From assembly GCA_040902005.1 (NCBI GenBank), contig JBBDYA010000112.1:29841-72710 (forward strand): a stretch of DNA of 42,870 bases. The letters are read 5' to 3'. A model generated the notes under the pieces. That model saw only the letters and a program-made list of their open reading frames with translations, searched no databases and was not told the origin of the DNA. Positions 1-9,440 of this stretch are shown in pieces (the stretch's first letter is position 1; the number at the start of each line of letters is the position of its first letter). Source of the stretch: Gemmatimonadaceae bacterium. GTDB lineage: Bacteria > Gemmatimonadota > Gemmatimonadetes > Gemmatimonadales > Gemmatimonadaceae. The position numbers and the translations under genes were made by a program.

Positions 1-273
1 GTGCCCCCCCCCCCTCCCATCCAGCCGCGGCGGAATGAACGGGGGCACGGTATCCAGGTGCGTCGAGAAGGTGATCCCCGGCGCGTCGCCGCTGGTCGCC
101 AGCAGATCGTCGCGTCCCGCGGTGACTGGAATCCGGCGCACGCGCCAGCCCAGGCCCGCGAGATAGGTCTCGAGCCAGTCCATCACCGCGCCTTCCTGAC
201 CGCTGGTGGAGTCGAGTTCCATCAGTCGAACGGCCAGCGCGACGACATCATGTTGGTCGGCGTGCGATTGCAT
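1..273 (-). CDS. M20 family metallo-hydrolase (ArgE/DapE-like deacetylase), 5' part only, runs off window
   Basis: Not in ORF track. My translation from ATG 273: MQSHADQHDVVALAVRLMELDSTSGQEGAVMDWLETYL...ITFSTHLDTVPPFIPP, with the M20 HxDTVP metal-binding motif. Confidence 0.85.
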   Translation of the reverse strand, partial: MQSHADQHDVVALAVRLMELDSTSGQEGAVMDWLETYLAGLGWRVRRIPVTAGRDDLLATSGDAPGITFSTHLDTVPPFIPPRLDGRGGGH

Positions 274-365
274 TCAGCCGGAATCCAAGTCGTGAGTTGC
301 CAGCCTGGCAAGTGACCCTGAACTCGCCCGGCATGTAGATTCGAGGACAACTTCACTCCCACGTC

Positions 366-3158
366 ATGCCCAGCCCGAATTCCTTTGGCGCCCGCGCTAC
401 GCTCATGGTCGACGGGCAGCCGTACACGATCTACCGCCTGGACGCGCTGCGCGCGCTGTCCAGCGGCACCAGCGACCGCCTGCCCTTCAGCCTCAAGATT
501 CTGCTGGAGAACCTGCTGCGGAACGAGGACGGCGCGTTCGTGAAGAAGCAGGACGTGGAGGCGATGGCGCGGTGGGACGTCGGCGCCGGCGAGGAGCGCG
601 AGATCGCGTTCCGCACCGCGCGCGTCCTTCTGCAGGATTTCACCGGCGTTCCCGCGGTGGTGGACCTTGCCGCCATGCGCGACGCGATCGTGCGACTGGG
701 CGGCAACCCCGAGCTGATCAATCCCCTCCAGCCGGTCGACCTCGTCATCGATCACTCGGTGCAGGTGGACGAGTATGGCACCGAGGCCTCCTTCCTCCTG
801 AACACCGCGCTGGAGTTCGAGCGCAACAAGGAGCGGTACGTCTTTCTGCGCTGGGGGCAGAACGCGCTGAAGAACTTCCGCGCCGTGCCGCCGGGCACCG
901 GCATCTGCCATCAGGTGAACCTCGAGTATCTCGGCAAGACCGTCTTCGCCGCCGAGGAAAACGGCGAGCGCGTCGCCTATCCGGATTCACTCGTCGGCAC
1001 CGACTCGCACACCACGATGATCAACGGGCTGGGGGTGCTGGGGTGGGGCGTGGGCGGCATCGAGGCCGAGGCGGCCATGCTGGGGCAGCCGCTGTCCATG
1101 CTCATTCCGGACGTCGTGGGCTTCAAGCTCTCCGGGAAACTTCCGGCCGGAACCACCGCCACGGACCTCGTCCTCACCGTCACGCAACTGCTGCGGCAGA
1201 AGAAGGTGGTGGGCAAGTTCGTCGAGTTCTACGGCACAGGGCTGTCGGCCCTGCCACTGGCGGACCGCGCGACGATCGCGAACATGGCGCCCGAGTACGG
1301 CGCCACGATGGGCTTCTTCCCCTGCGACGAGGAGACGCTCAGGTACCTGCGCCTCACCGGGCGTCCCGACCATCACGTGAAGCTCGTGGAAGCGTATTGC
1401 CGGGAGCAGGGACTGTTTCGCACGGATGACGCGCCCGATCCAGTCTTCACCGACACGCTGACGCTCGATCTCGGTACGGTGGAGCCATCGCTCGCCGGAC
1501 CAAAGCGTCCGCAGGACCGCGTGCCCCTGAAGGACGCGAAGTCCATGTACCTCGCCGCGCTCACCGCCGATCTCGTCAAGATGGGAACGCTCGCGGGCGT
1601 GGCGGAGGTCCGGAAAGCCACCGCCGCCTCCGCGCAGCCCGAGAAGACGGAAGCGATCATGGTGCTGGAGGACGAGAGCAATCCCGTGCACCCGAAGGCG
1701 GGGTTCGAGTGCGAGCACAGGGGACAGACCTTCTCCCTGCATCATGGCGCGGTGGTCATCGCCGCGATCACCAGCTGCACCAACACCTCCAACCCGAGTG
1801 TCATGCTCGGCGCGGGGCTGCTGGCGCGAAAGGCGCGTGCGAAGGGGCTTCGCACCAGGCCGTGGGTGAAGACCTCGCTCGCGCCGGGCTCCAAGGTGGT
1901 GACCGACTACCTCAACGCCGCCGGCGTGCAGGAGGATCTGGACGCGCTCGGCTTCAGTCTCGTGGGGTACGGCTGCACCACGTGCATCGGCAACTCCGGC
2001 CCCCTCCCCGAATCGATCGCAAAGGTCATCGAGGAGCACAAGCTCGTGGTGGCATCCGTCCTCTCGGGCAACCGCAACTTCGAGGGACGCATCAACCCGC
2101 ACACACGGTTCAACTACCTCGCGTCCCCTCCCCTCGTGGTGGCCTACGCGCTGGCCGGCCGCATGGACGTGGACCTGACGCGCGAACCGCTCGGTATCGG
2201 CACGGACGGTCCCGTATTCCTGCGCGACATCTGGCCCACCGCGCTCGAGGTGCAGGACGAGATCAACCGCAGCGTGAAGGCGTCGCAGTTCAAGACGCAG
2301 TACGCGGACGTCTTCAAGGGCGACGAGCAGTGGCAGTCGCTGGACGTGCCGTCCGGCCAGACGTACGCGTGGGACGCGGCGTCCACGTACGTGAAGAACC
2401 CGCCGTACTTCGACGGCATGACGATGTCGCCGCCGGGGTTCAAGCCCATCACGGGGGCGCGCTGCCTCGCGATGCTCGGCGACTCCATCACCACCGATCA
2501 CATCTCGCCCGCGGGGAGCATTCCGGCGTCGTCACCCGCCGGCGCCTGGCTCGTGCAGCAGGGTGTGCCGCGCAAGGACTTCAACTCCTACGGCAGCCGG
2601 CGTGGCAATCACGAAGTCATGATGCGCGGCACGTTCGCGAACATCCGCCTGCGCAACGAGATGGCGCCGGGCACCGAGGGGGGCTGGACCGCGTTCGAGA
2701 AGGGGGGAGCGCCCGCCTTCATTTATGACGCGGCCATGCAGTACCAGGCCACGGCCACCCCGCTCGTCGTCATCGCTGGCAAGGAATACGGCACCGGTTC
2801 CTCACGCGACTGGGCGGCCAAGGGGACGATCCTCCTGGGCGTGCGCGCGGTCATCGCGGAGTCCTTCGAGCGCATCCATCGCTCCAACCTCGTGGGCATG
2901 GGCGTGCTGCCGCTGGAGTTCACCGGCGGGGCAAGCCGATTGTCGCTCGGACTCACCGGATTCGAAACATTTGATATCATCGGCCTCGACGGCGCCCTCA
3001 AGCCCAAATCCAGGCTCACGGTGCGCGCGACCGGAGCCGATGGCACGCCTCGTGAGTTCCCCGTCGTCTGCCGGATCGATACACCCGAGGAACTGCGCTA
3101 CTACGCGAACGGCGGCATCCTGCCGTACGTGTTGCGCCAACTGGTGGGGAGGCGGTAA
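366..3158 (+). CDS. acnA: aconitate hydratase AcnA
   Basis: 930 aa; motifs [55 protein letters not shown]. Confidence 0.98.
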   Translation: MPSPNSFGARATLMVDGQPYTIYRLDALRALSSGTSDRLPFSLKILLENLLRNEDGAFVKKQDVEAMARWDVGAGEEREIAFRTARVLLQDFTGVPAVVDLAAMRDAIVRLGGNPELINPLQPVDLVIDHSVQVDEYGTEASFLLNTALEFERNKERYVFLRWGQNALKNFRAVPPGTGICHQVNLEYLGKTVFAAEENGERVAYPDSLVGTDSHTTMINGLGVLGWGVGGIEAEAAMLGQPLSMLIPDVVGFKLSGKLPAGTTATDLVLTVTQLLRQKKVVGKFVEFYGTGLSALPLADRATIANMAPEYGATMGFFPCDEETLRYLRLTGRPDHHVKLVEAYCREQGLFRTDDAPDPVFTDTLTLDLGTVEPSLAGPKRPQDRVPLKDAKSMYLAALTADLVKMGTLAGVAEVRKATAASAQPEKTEAIMVLEDESNPVHPKAGFECEHRGQTFSLHHGAVVIAAITSCTNTSNPSVMLGAGLLARKARAKGLRTRPWVKTSLAPGSKVVTDYLNAAGVQEDLDALGFSLVGYGCTTCIGNSGPLPESIAKVIEEHKLVVASVLSGNRNFEGRINPHTRFNYLASPPLVVAYALAGRMDVDLTREPLGIGTDGPVFLRDIWPTALEVQDEINRSVKASQFKTQYADVFKGDEQWQSLDVPSGQTYAWDAASTYVKNPPYFDGMTMSPPGFKPITGARCLAMLGDSITTDHISPAGSIPASSPAGAWLVQQGVPRKDFNSYGSRRGNHEVMMRGTFANIRLRNEMAPGTEGGWTAFEKGGAPAFIYDAAMQYQATATPLVVIAGKEYGTGSSRDWAAKGTILLGVRAVIAESFERIHRSNLVGMGVLPLEFTGGASRLSLGLTGFETFDIIGLDGALKPKSRLTVRATGADGTPREFPVVCRIDTPEELRYYANGGILPYVLRQLVGRR

Positions 3159-3162
3159 CGAC

Positions 3163-4056
3163 GTGAGGCTGCTGCTGGTGCTGTTGGCCGCCGCGATGGC
3201 GAGCGGCTGCGGATTCTGGTACAAGCCGGTGCCGGTCGCCAATGCCGTCGGCGAGGAGAGGACGGTACTCGCCGGCGACACCATGCACTATTACCCGGGC
3301 GATCGGTTCGAGGTGTATGGCCCGAGCTCGGAGGCAGTGTACGACGGCTACGAGCAACTGAATCGCGCCTACCGCGCATTCGAGCGGTATCTCGTCACGC
3401 CCGCGCCAAAGCTCGCCGTGGTGCTTCGCCAGGACTCCGTGCACACCATGGATCCGGCTGTGGGTCGCGCATTTCGGGGGCGCGGGCTCACGCTGCTCCA
3501 GTACGAGCGGCCGCCCAGCGTGCGAAGCCGCTCCCGCTACCGCGGCATCCAGTACGGCGGCGTGCTGTGGCCCATCGCGCCGACCGCCGTTCGCGCGATG
3601 CTCGCGCGGCTCACCGATGACCACCTCGGGGGAACATCCGAGCCCGATAGCACGCTCCTGGATCGCTATCCCCTCTGGTACCGCGCGGCCGTCATCCGCG
3701 TGCTTGGCGACGCCGCCACCTACTCCTACGACCTGGCACGCGTACGTGAAAAGCAGGGGGTGCTGATCCCGTTCCGCGACTTGTTCCGGCTCGTGCGCTC
3801 GTCGACCGCGGACTCGCTCATCGATCCCTCGCGGCTCGTCGAAGCGGATGAGTACACCGACACCTTCGCGGCCCAGGCGGGCACCCTTGGCCGCTATCTC
3901 CTGGAGGTGGAAGGCCCGCACGTCCTACGGACGCTGGGCGCGGGCTACCTGAATGGCCGGGCGCTGCCCGACATGCTGGCGGAATTCACATCCTCGATCA
4001 ATAGCATCGACGAGCTGGAGCGGCGCTGGAAGATCTGGATCGGTACGCGGGAATAG
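3163..4056 (+). CDS. hypothetical lipoprotein (possible degenerate peptidase MA-like fold)
   Basis: GTG 4 nt after the acnA stop; VRLLLVLLAAAMASGC lipobox; C-terminal part of track ORF 2725..4056. Confidence 0.75.
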   Translation: MRLLLVLLAAAMASGCGFWYKPVPVANAVGEERTVLAGDTMHYYPGDRFEVYGPSSEAVYDGYEQLNRAYRAFERYLVTPAPKLAVVLRQDSVHTMDPAVGRAFRGRGLTLLQYERPPSVRSRSRYRGIQYGGVLWPIAPTAVRAMLARLTDDHLGGTSEPDSTLLDRYPLWYRAAVIRVLGDAATYSYDLARVREKQGVLIPFRDLFRLVRSSTADSLIDPSRLVEADEYTDTFAAQAGTLGRYLLEVEGPHVLRTLGAGYLNGRALPDMLAEFTSSINSIDELERRWKIWIGTRE

Positions 4057-4092
4057 TCCCCGTCTGCCCGCCCGGCGCGACGGCCGCAGACG

Positions 4093-4674
4093 TCAGCGAT
4101 GGCGGAGCTGCGATGCGGCCAGGATCTGGATGGTCAACTCGCGCTCGATGCCCGCCACGTCCAGCGGCTTCAGCATCTCCTGCAGCTCGGGATCCTCAGC
4201 CACCTTGTGGCCAAGGCGCGTGTACAGCCCCGCGACGAGCTGGAGCGTCTTGGTGACCTCCTGTTCCAGCCGCAGTGAGACCTGAAGTGACAATTCCTCG
4301 CGCAGCTCCGCAATCGCCGCCTCGCGTTTCTGCGCCATCAGCACGAAGATCGCCAGGATGATCGCCTCGAGCGATACCACCATCGTGAGCAATCCAAAAG
4401 GAAACGGATCGAACGGCCGCAGGCCGAACGCCCCCATGTTCCACGGAATCCAGATCGCGAACCAGAGAGCGTGCAGCACCAGAAATGGCGTGGACGACGC
4501 GCGATCGTTCAGCCGGTCGGCCGCGCGTCCGAGCGGCGCACGCTTCGCGGCCTGCTCCGCCTTGATCGCGCGGATGGCCTGCTTGGCGATGTTGCGGCGT
4601 TTGCGCCGATCGACGTCGGCGACGGAGTCCTGACCGGGGACGGTGTCCAGATCGGGGTGGAGCTCGATGCTCAT
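4093..4674 (-). CDS. DUF1003 family membrane protein
   Basis: Start MSIELHP; family signature FDPFPFGLLTMVVSLEAIILAIFVLMAQ; two TM segments. Confidence 0.85.
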   Translation of the reverse strand: MSIELHPDLDTVPGQDSVADVDRRKRRNIAKQAIRAIKAEQAAKRAPLGRAADRLNDRASSTPFLVLHALWFAIWIPWNMGAFGLRPFDPFPFGLLTMVVSLEAIILAIFVLMAQKREAAIAELREELSLQVSLRLEQEVTKTLQLVAGLYTRLGHKVAEDPELQEMLKPLDVAGIERELTIQILAASQLRHR

Positions 4675-4737
4675 GGCACGCGGAACTGGCGAGAAGCGGG
4701 CCACTTGTATGACTGCTGGAAACGGGGAAAAATGAAA

Positions 4738-4802
4738 GGGATGGGGGATGGGTGTGCACCCTTCCCCCTTCCCCATTCCCCATTCCCCATTCCCCATTCC
4801 CC
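4738..4802. repeat. (CCCCATT)4 heptamer array plus adjacent imperfect G-rich/C-rich hairpin
   Basis: CCCCATT at 4771, 4778, 4785, 4792; GGGATGGGGGATGGGTG / CACCCTTCCCCCTTCCC inverted arms at 4738-4773. Confidence 0.9.
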
Positions 4803-4807
4803 TTCTT

Positions 4808-5305
4808 TTAGTATCGCGGCCGCTCCACGTCGATCGTGTGCCCGATGATCCCGCCGAGCACTCCACCGGCCGCCGCGCCGATCAGCCCGCCTTTCACCTT
4901 GTCGCGGCTTACCGTCGCGCCGATCACCGCCCCAGCCGCGGCGCCAATGACGGCGTCACGCTTGGTGTTGCGCTTGATGGGTGCCGGCGCCGGAGCCGGC
5001 TGGTACACCACCTGGGCGGGCGCGCGCTGCACCGTGGCCGCCGGACGGGTGGCCACCCGCTGCACCACAGGCTGCTGCGCCTGGAGCTGCGCCTGCTGCG
5101 GCACCGGCTGGAACTGCCCGGTGTACGGGTTGTACGCGTAGCCCATTTCCGTGGGCGACATCGTCTGTTGCGGCAGGTACGGCTGGGCCTGCGAGGCCAG
5201 CGCGAGATCGTTCGCGAGGGCGTCGTTGGCGCGATTGTCATCACCACCGCACGCCGCGATCAGGACCGCTGTCGGAACGAGCACGAGCATCTTGAGGTAC
5301 GTCAT
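4808..5305 (-). CDS. glycine-zipper (YMGG-like) lipoprotein
   Basis: GAGGAG RBS; MTYLKMLVLVPTAVLIAAC lipobox; Gln/Pro linker; C-terminal IGAAAGAVIGA...GGLIGAAAGGVLGGIIG. Confidence 0.85.
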   Translation of the reverse strand: MTYLKMLVLVPTAVLIAACGGDDNRANDALANDLALASQAQPYLPQQTMSPTEMGYAYNPYTGQFQPVPQQAQLQAQQPVVQRVATRPAATVQRAPAQVVYQPAPAPAPIKRNTKRDAVIGAAAGAVIGATVSRDKVKGGLIGAAAGGVLGGIIGHTIDVERPRY

Positions 5306-5475
5306 GTGGCACTCTCCTCGGTATGCCGCGACTGCGGCGGCTCCCCCCCTGGATGGCACGGGCTGTTCCTACCGTTAACCCGCTGAAGCGCGCATTCCGG
5401 TCCCGCACTGTCCACTTTTGGCCCTTCCGTTGTATCTTCGCGGAAACAGCATCGGCCCATGCCAGGAGCCATTTC

Positions 5476-6060
5476 ATGAATGTTCGCTTGAGAACGATTG
5501 CGCTGTCGGGGCTGCTCGCCGCGGCGGGCGCCGGCGCAGTGCCGGCGCAACAGCCGGCGCAGCAGCCGGTGCAGGCGCCCGCCGTGGGCGAGATGGCCCC
5601 GGACTTCGAGATTCGCGGCGCCACGCGCTTCGGCGTGCTGAAGGATCGCCTTCGGTTGTCGGATCTGCGTGACCAGACCGTTGTGCTCGCCTTCTTCGCG
5701 CGCGCGCGAACGCGTGGCTGAACGGTGCAACTGGAGGCGTACCGTGATCAGTACGCCACGCTCTTCAACAACGGCAGACGGGTGATCGTGATTCCCATGA
5801 GCGACGACGCGGATACCACGCTCGCCAGCTGGGCACGCGACGCCGACTTCCCCTTCCTGATGGCCAGCGATTCCGGCCGGGCCATCGCCGCGCGGTACGG
5901 CTCGCTGAGCGACAACCGGTTCCAGCGAAATCTCTTCGTCATCGGACCGGACGGCCGCATCGCGCATCGCATCACGCCGTTCAATGTCCTCTCGCAGGAC
6001 GCGTACGCCGAACTGGAGCGGGCCGTGGACACGGCCGCGGGAGCGTCCAGCCCGCCGTGA
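5476..6060 (+). CDS. exported AhpC/TSA peroxiredoxin-like protein with in-frame TGA (probable selenocysteine, codon 82)
   Basis: AGGAG RBS, signal peptide, VGEMAPDF...TVVLAFFARARTRG-TGA(5719-5721)-TVQLEAYRD...QRNLFVIGPDGRI in one frame; joins track ORFs 5323..5721 and 5725..6060. Confidence 0.88.
5736..5757 (+). promoter_or_regulatory. putative bacterial SECIS element
   Basis: Perfect 7-bp stem GGCGTAC/GTACGCC with loop CGTGATCA; loop begins 21 nt after the TGA; G at loop position 2. Confidence 0.7.
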
Positions 6061-7376
6061 CGGGCGCGCGCGAGCAGCTCATCGGGTTGTACCGCGCCGC
6101 GACAGCCGGCGCCGACGTGGAGTCCCTGACCGCACACGCGGTGGCGAGCGTTCCCCTGGAGCGTCGTCACCGCGTTTGGGTTTTTGCCTTCGGGAAGGCC
6201 GCGCACGGCATGGCCAGAGGGGCCGTCAGTTCGCTCCAGCGCTCGCTCGCCGATATACCCGGCGGCATCGTCGTCGCGCCTGACGACGGCCCCGCGCCGT
6301 ACGGCAGTGTGACCGTGATGACCGGCGATCATCCCGTGCCGGGGGCGCGCTCGTTCGCGGCGGCTACCGCGCTGCACCAGGTCGTGACCCTCAAGCGCGG
6401 CACCGACCTTGGCGTGGTGCTGCTCTCTGGCGGCGCGTCCAGCCTCATCGGCGCACCGCTGCGCGGCCTGACCGAGGCGGACCTGACGCGCGTCTGTCAA
6501 CTGCTCCTGAACTCCGGACTCGACATCGCCGCGATGAACGCGGTGCGGAAACGCTTCTGCCTGTGGGCGGCGGGACGCATGGCGCTCGCGCTCGCGCCCG
6601 CGCGCAGTTACTGCTTTGCCGTGTCCGACGTGCCCGGTGACGACCTGGCGACGATCGGATCCGGCCCGTGCGTTCCCGATCCCACTCGCGTGCAGGAGGT
6701 GATCGACATTCTCCAGAACGGCGGCCTGCTCGGAAAGCTCCCCGCCACCTTTCACCAGTACCTCACGGATACCGCGCGCGGCGGCATTCCCGAAACGCCC
6801 AAGGAGACGCATCCTGCGTTCGCGCACATGACCGCGCGGGTCATCGCGAACAACTCCATCGCGCTCGGCGCCGCGGCCACGGCGGCCCGCGCGGCCGGAC
6901 TTTCGGTCGAGGTGCGCACCGAACCGCTCGCCGGCGACGCACGCACCGCAGGCGTTCGGCTCGCCGACGTTCTGTTGTCCGCGCGCGAACGGGCGCCGAT
7001 CGGCACACCGCTCTGTGTCATGTGGGGCGGCGAAACCACCGTGGCACTCGGTGCCAACCCGCCCGCGGGCGGCCGATGCCAGGCACTGGCCCTCGCGGCC
7101 GCGAAACAACTGGCCGAGGCCGGCGACCGCGCGCGCGGCATTTCCCTGCTCGCCGCCGGCACCGACGGACGCGACGGCACCACGGACGCCGCAGGCGCGA
7201 TCGTCGATCGCGACACGTGGCCGGCCATCCGCGACACGGGCATCAACCCCTCCGCTGCGCTCGAGGCACACGACTCGCACTTCGCGCTCTCCGCCGTGAA
7301 CGCGCTCTTCGCTCCCGGGCTCACGGGCACCAACGTCATGGACGTCGTCATCGGGTTGGTCGGGACGGGCCACTAG
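6057..7376 (+). CDS. glycerate kinase type 2 (DUF4147/MOFRL)
   Basis: FGKAA, GDHPVP, LLSGGASSL, SDVPGDD..IGSGP, GGETTV, GTDGRDG, TGTNVMD; GTGA overlap with upstream stop. Confidence 0.93.
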   Translation: MTGAREQLIGLYRAATAGADVESLTAHAVASVPLERRHRVWVFAFGKAAHGMARGAVSSLQRSLADIPGGIVVAPDDGPAPYGSVTVMTGDHPVPGARSFAAATALHQVVTLKRGTDLGVVLLSGGASSLIGAPLRGLTEADLTRVCQLLLNSGLDIAAMNAVRKRFCLWAAGRMALALAPARSYCFAVSDVPGDDLATIGSGPCVPDPTRVQEVIDILQNGGLLGKLPATFHQYLTDTARGGIPETPKETHPAFAHMTARVIANNSIALGAAATAARAAGLSVEVRTEPLAGDARTAGVRLADVLLSARERAPIGTPLCVMWGGETTVALGANPPAGGRCQALALAAAKQLAEAGDRARGISLLAAGTDGRDGTTDAAGAIVDRDTWPAIRDTGINPSAALEAHDSHFALSAVNALFAPGLTGTNVMDVVIGLVGTGH

Positions 7377-7392
7377 CCCCTAGTTTCCACGC

Positions 7393-8328
7393 ATGCACGA
7401 GCCATTCACCGTCGGCATCATCCAGGATGCGGCGACCGACGACGTCGCGCTCACCGTGGAGTCCACGATCCCGCGCATCCGCGAAGCGGCCGCGCGCGGC
7501 GCGCAGATCGTCTGCCTCAAGGAGCTGTTCAACGCGTCGTACTTCGCCAAGGCACAGCGGCACGAACGCTTCGACATCGCCGAGCCGATTCCCGGCCCCA
7601 CCGTCTCCACGATGCAGCGGATCGCGAAGGAACTGGGCATCGTGCTCATCGTGCCGATCTTCGAGCGACAGGCCAAGGGCGTCTACCGGAACTCGGCCGC
7701 CATCGTCGACGCCGACGGGTCGCTCCTGGGCGTGTATCGCAAGATGCACATCCCGGACGATCCGCTGTTCAACGAGAAGTTCTATTTCACCCCCGGTGAC
7801 GCGGCAGTGGACGACGACGTCGACAAGATCGCGCAGGTCGCCAGGCAGGCCAGCGGGTTCCGGGTGTGGCATACGCGCTTCGCCGACATTGGCGTGCTGA
7901 TCTGCTGGGACCAGTGGTACCCGGAGGCGGCGCGCATCACGTCCCTGCTTGGCGCGGAAGTCCTGTTCTATCCCACGGCCATCGGATGGCACCCGAAGGA
8001 GAAGGCGGAGTTCGGCCCCGCGCAGGTGGACGCGTGGCGTATCATGCAGCGCTCACACGCCATCGCGAACGGCGTCTATGTGGCGTCGCCGAACCGCATC
8101 GGGCACGAGGACGAACCCGGCACCGACGGCATCGAGTTCTTCGGCCATTCCTTCATCGCGGATCCCTTCGGCCGTATCATCGCGGACTCCGCCACCGAAC
8201 CCGCGATCCTCGTGGCGCGCTGCGACCCCGCGCTCATCGAGGAGACGCGCCGCAACTGGCCATTTCTGCGTGACCGGCGCATCGACGCGTACACGCCGAT
8301 CCTGTCGCGATATCTGGGGGCACGATGA
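7393..8328 (+). CDS. aguB: carbon-nitrogen hydrolase, N-carbamoylputrescine amidase
   Basis: Nitrilase E-K-C triad (ELF, YRKMHIPDDP, ICWDQWYPE); WPFLRDRR; adjacent to agmatine deiminase. Confidence 0.85.
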   Translation: MHEPFTVGIIQDAATDDVALTVESTIPRIREAAARGAQIVCLKELFNASYFAKAQRHERFDIAEPIPGPTVSTMQRIAKELGIVLIVPIFERQAKGVYRNSAAIVDADGSLLGVYRKMHIPDDPLFNEKFYFTPGDAAVDDDVDKIAQVARQASGFRVWHTRFADIGVLICWDQWYPEAARITSLLGAEVLFYPTAIGWHPKEKAEFGPAQVDAWRIMQRSHAIANGVYVASPNRIGHEDEPGTDGIEFFGHSFIADPFGRIIADSATEPAILVARCDPALIEETRRNWPFLRDRRIDAYTPILSRYLGAR

Positions 8329-8353
8329 CGGAGAGTTCCCCCTTTCCCGTCTC

Positions 8354-9394
8354 ATGAGGCACTGGCCCGCGGAGTGGGAGCCCCACGCCGCCACCTGGAT
8401 CGCGTGGCCGCATCACGAGCCCGACTGGCCCGGCAAGCTCGCTCCCATCGCGTGGGTGTACGCCGAGATCGTCCGCGTGCTGCACCGCCACGAGCGCGTC
8501 GAGATTCTCTGCCACAATGCGGGCGTGCGCGACGCCGCGCGCGCCCACCTTGGCGCCCACGGCGTTCCGGAGGACGACCGCGTCCGGCTGCACCTCGTCC
8601 CCAACGACCGCGTGTGGCTCCGCGACTCGAGTCCCACCTGGGTGCGTGCGGACGACGGCGCGCAGGAGCTCGTGCACTGGCGATTCAACGCCTGGGCCAA
8701 GTACGACAACTTCGACGACGACGCCCGCGTGGGCCACGCCGTGGAACGAATCACCGGCGTCCGGCGCGTGGAGCCCGGGCGCCCGGACGGTCGCGGCCGG
8801 GTGGTGCTGGAGGGTGGCGCGATCGAGACCAACGGCGCAGGCGTCATGCTCACCACGGAGGAGTGCCTGCTCTCCGGCATTCAGGCACGCAACCCCGGCC
8901 TGGACCGCGATGGGTATGAGCGGGTGTTTCGCGAGCAGCTCGGCATTCGCGAGACGATCTGGCTGGGCATGGGGTGCGTGGGTGACGACACGCACGGCCA
9001 CGTGGACGACGTCGCGCGCTACGTGGCACCCGACGTCATCGTGCTCGCGTACGAGGAAGATGTGCGGGACGAAAATCACCGGCGGTCCGCCGACAACATG
9101 CGCCGCCTGGGGCTGGCCGGCGCGGACGCCGGCGCATTCCGGGTAGTGAAGCTTCCCTACCCCCGCCCGGTGATGATGAATGGCGAGCGCCTTCCGGCCA
9201 GTTACGCGAATTTCTATTGCGCCAATGCCGCGGTGCTCGTCCCCACGTTCAACGACCCCAACGATCGCGTGGCGCTCACCACGCTCGCGGAGCTGATGCC
9301 GGATCGCGAGGTCGTGGGGATCCACGCCGTGGACCTCGTGTGGGGACTGGGCACGCTGCATTGCCTGACCCAGCAGCAGCCAGCGCAGGCGTAG
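8354..9394 (+). CDS. aguA: agmatine deiminase family protein
   Basis: PAEWEPH, WLRDSSP, LEGGAIE, DDTHGHVDD, ASYANF, GTLHCLTQQQP. Confidence 0.92.
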   Translation: MRHWPAEWEPHAATWIAWPHHEPDWPGKLAPIAWVYAEIVRVLHRHERVEILCHNAGVRDAARAHLGAHGVPEDDRVRLHLVPNDRVWLRDSSPTWVRADDGAQELVHWRFNAWAKYDNFDDDARVGHAVERITGVRRVEPGRPDGRGRVVLEGGAIETNGAGVMLTTEECLLSGIQARNPGLDRDGYERVFREQLGIRETIWLGMGCVGDDTHGHVDDVARYVAPDVIVLAYEEDVRDENHRRSADNMRRLGLAGADAGAFRVVKLPYPRPVMMNGERLPASYANFYCANAAVLVPTFNDPNDRVALTTLAELMPDREVVGIHAVDLVWGLGTLHCLTQQQPAQA

Positions 9395-9440
9395 CGCCAC
9401 CGACGACCCGGATGAACACGGACGACGTCAGGCTTGGAGT

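Noticed and set aside
1..315. Plus-strand 104-aa ORF
   Set aside because: Antisense shadow of the minus-strand M20 hydrolase, which has clear family motifs.
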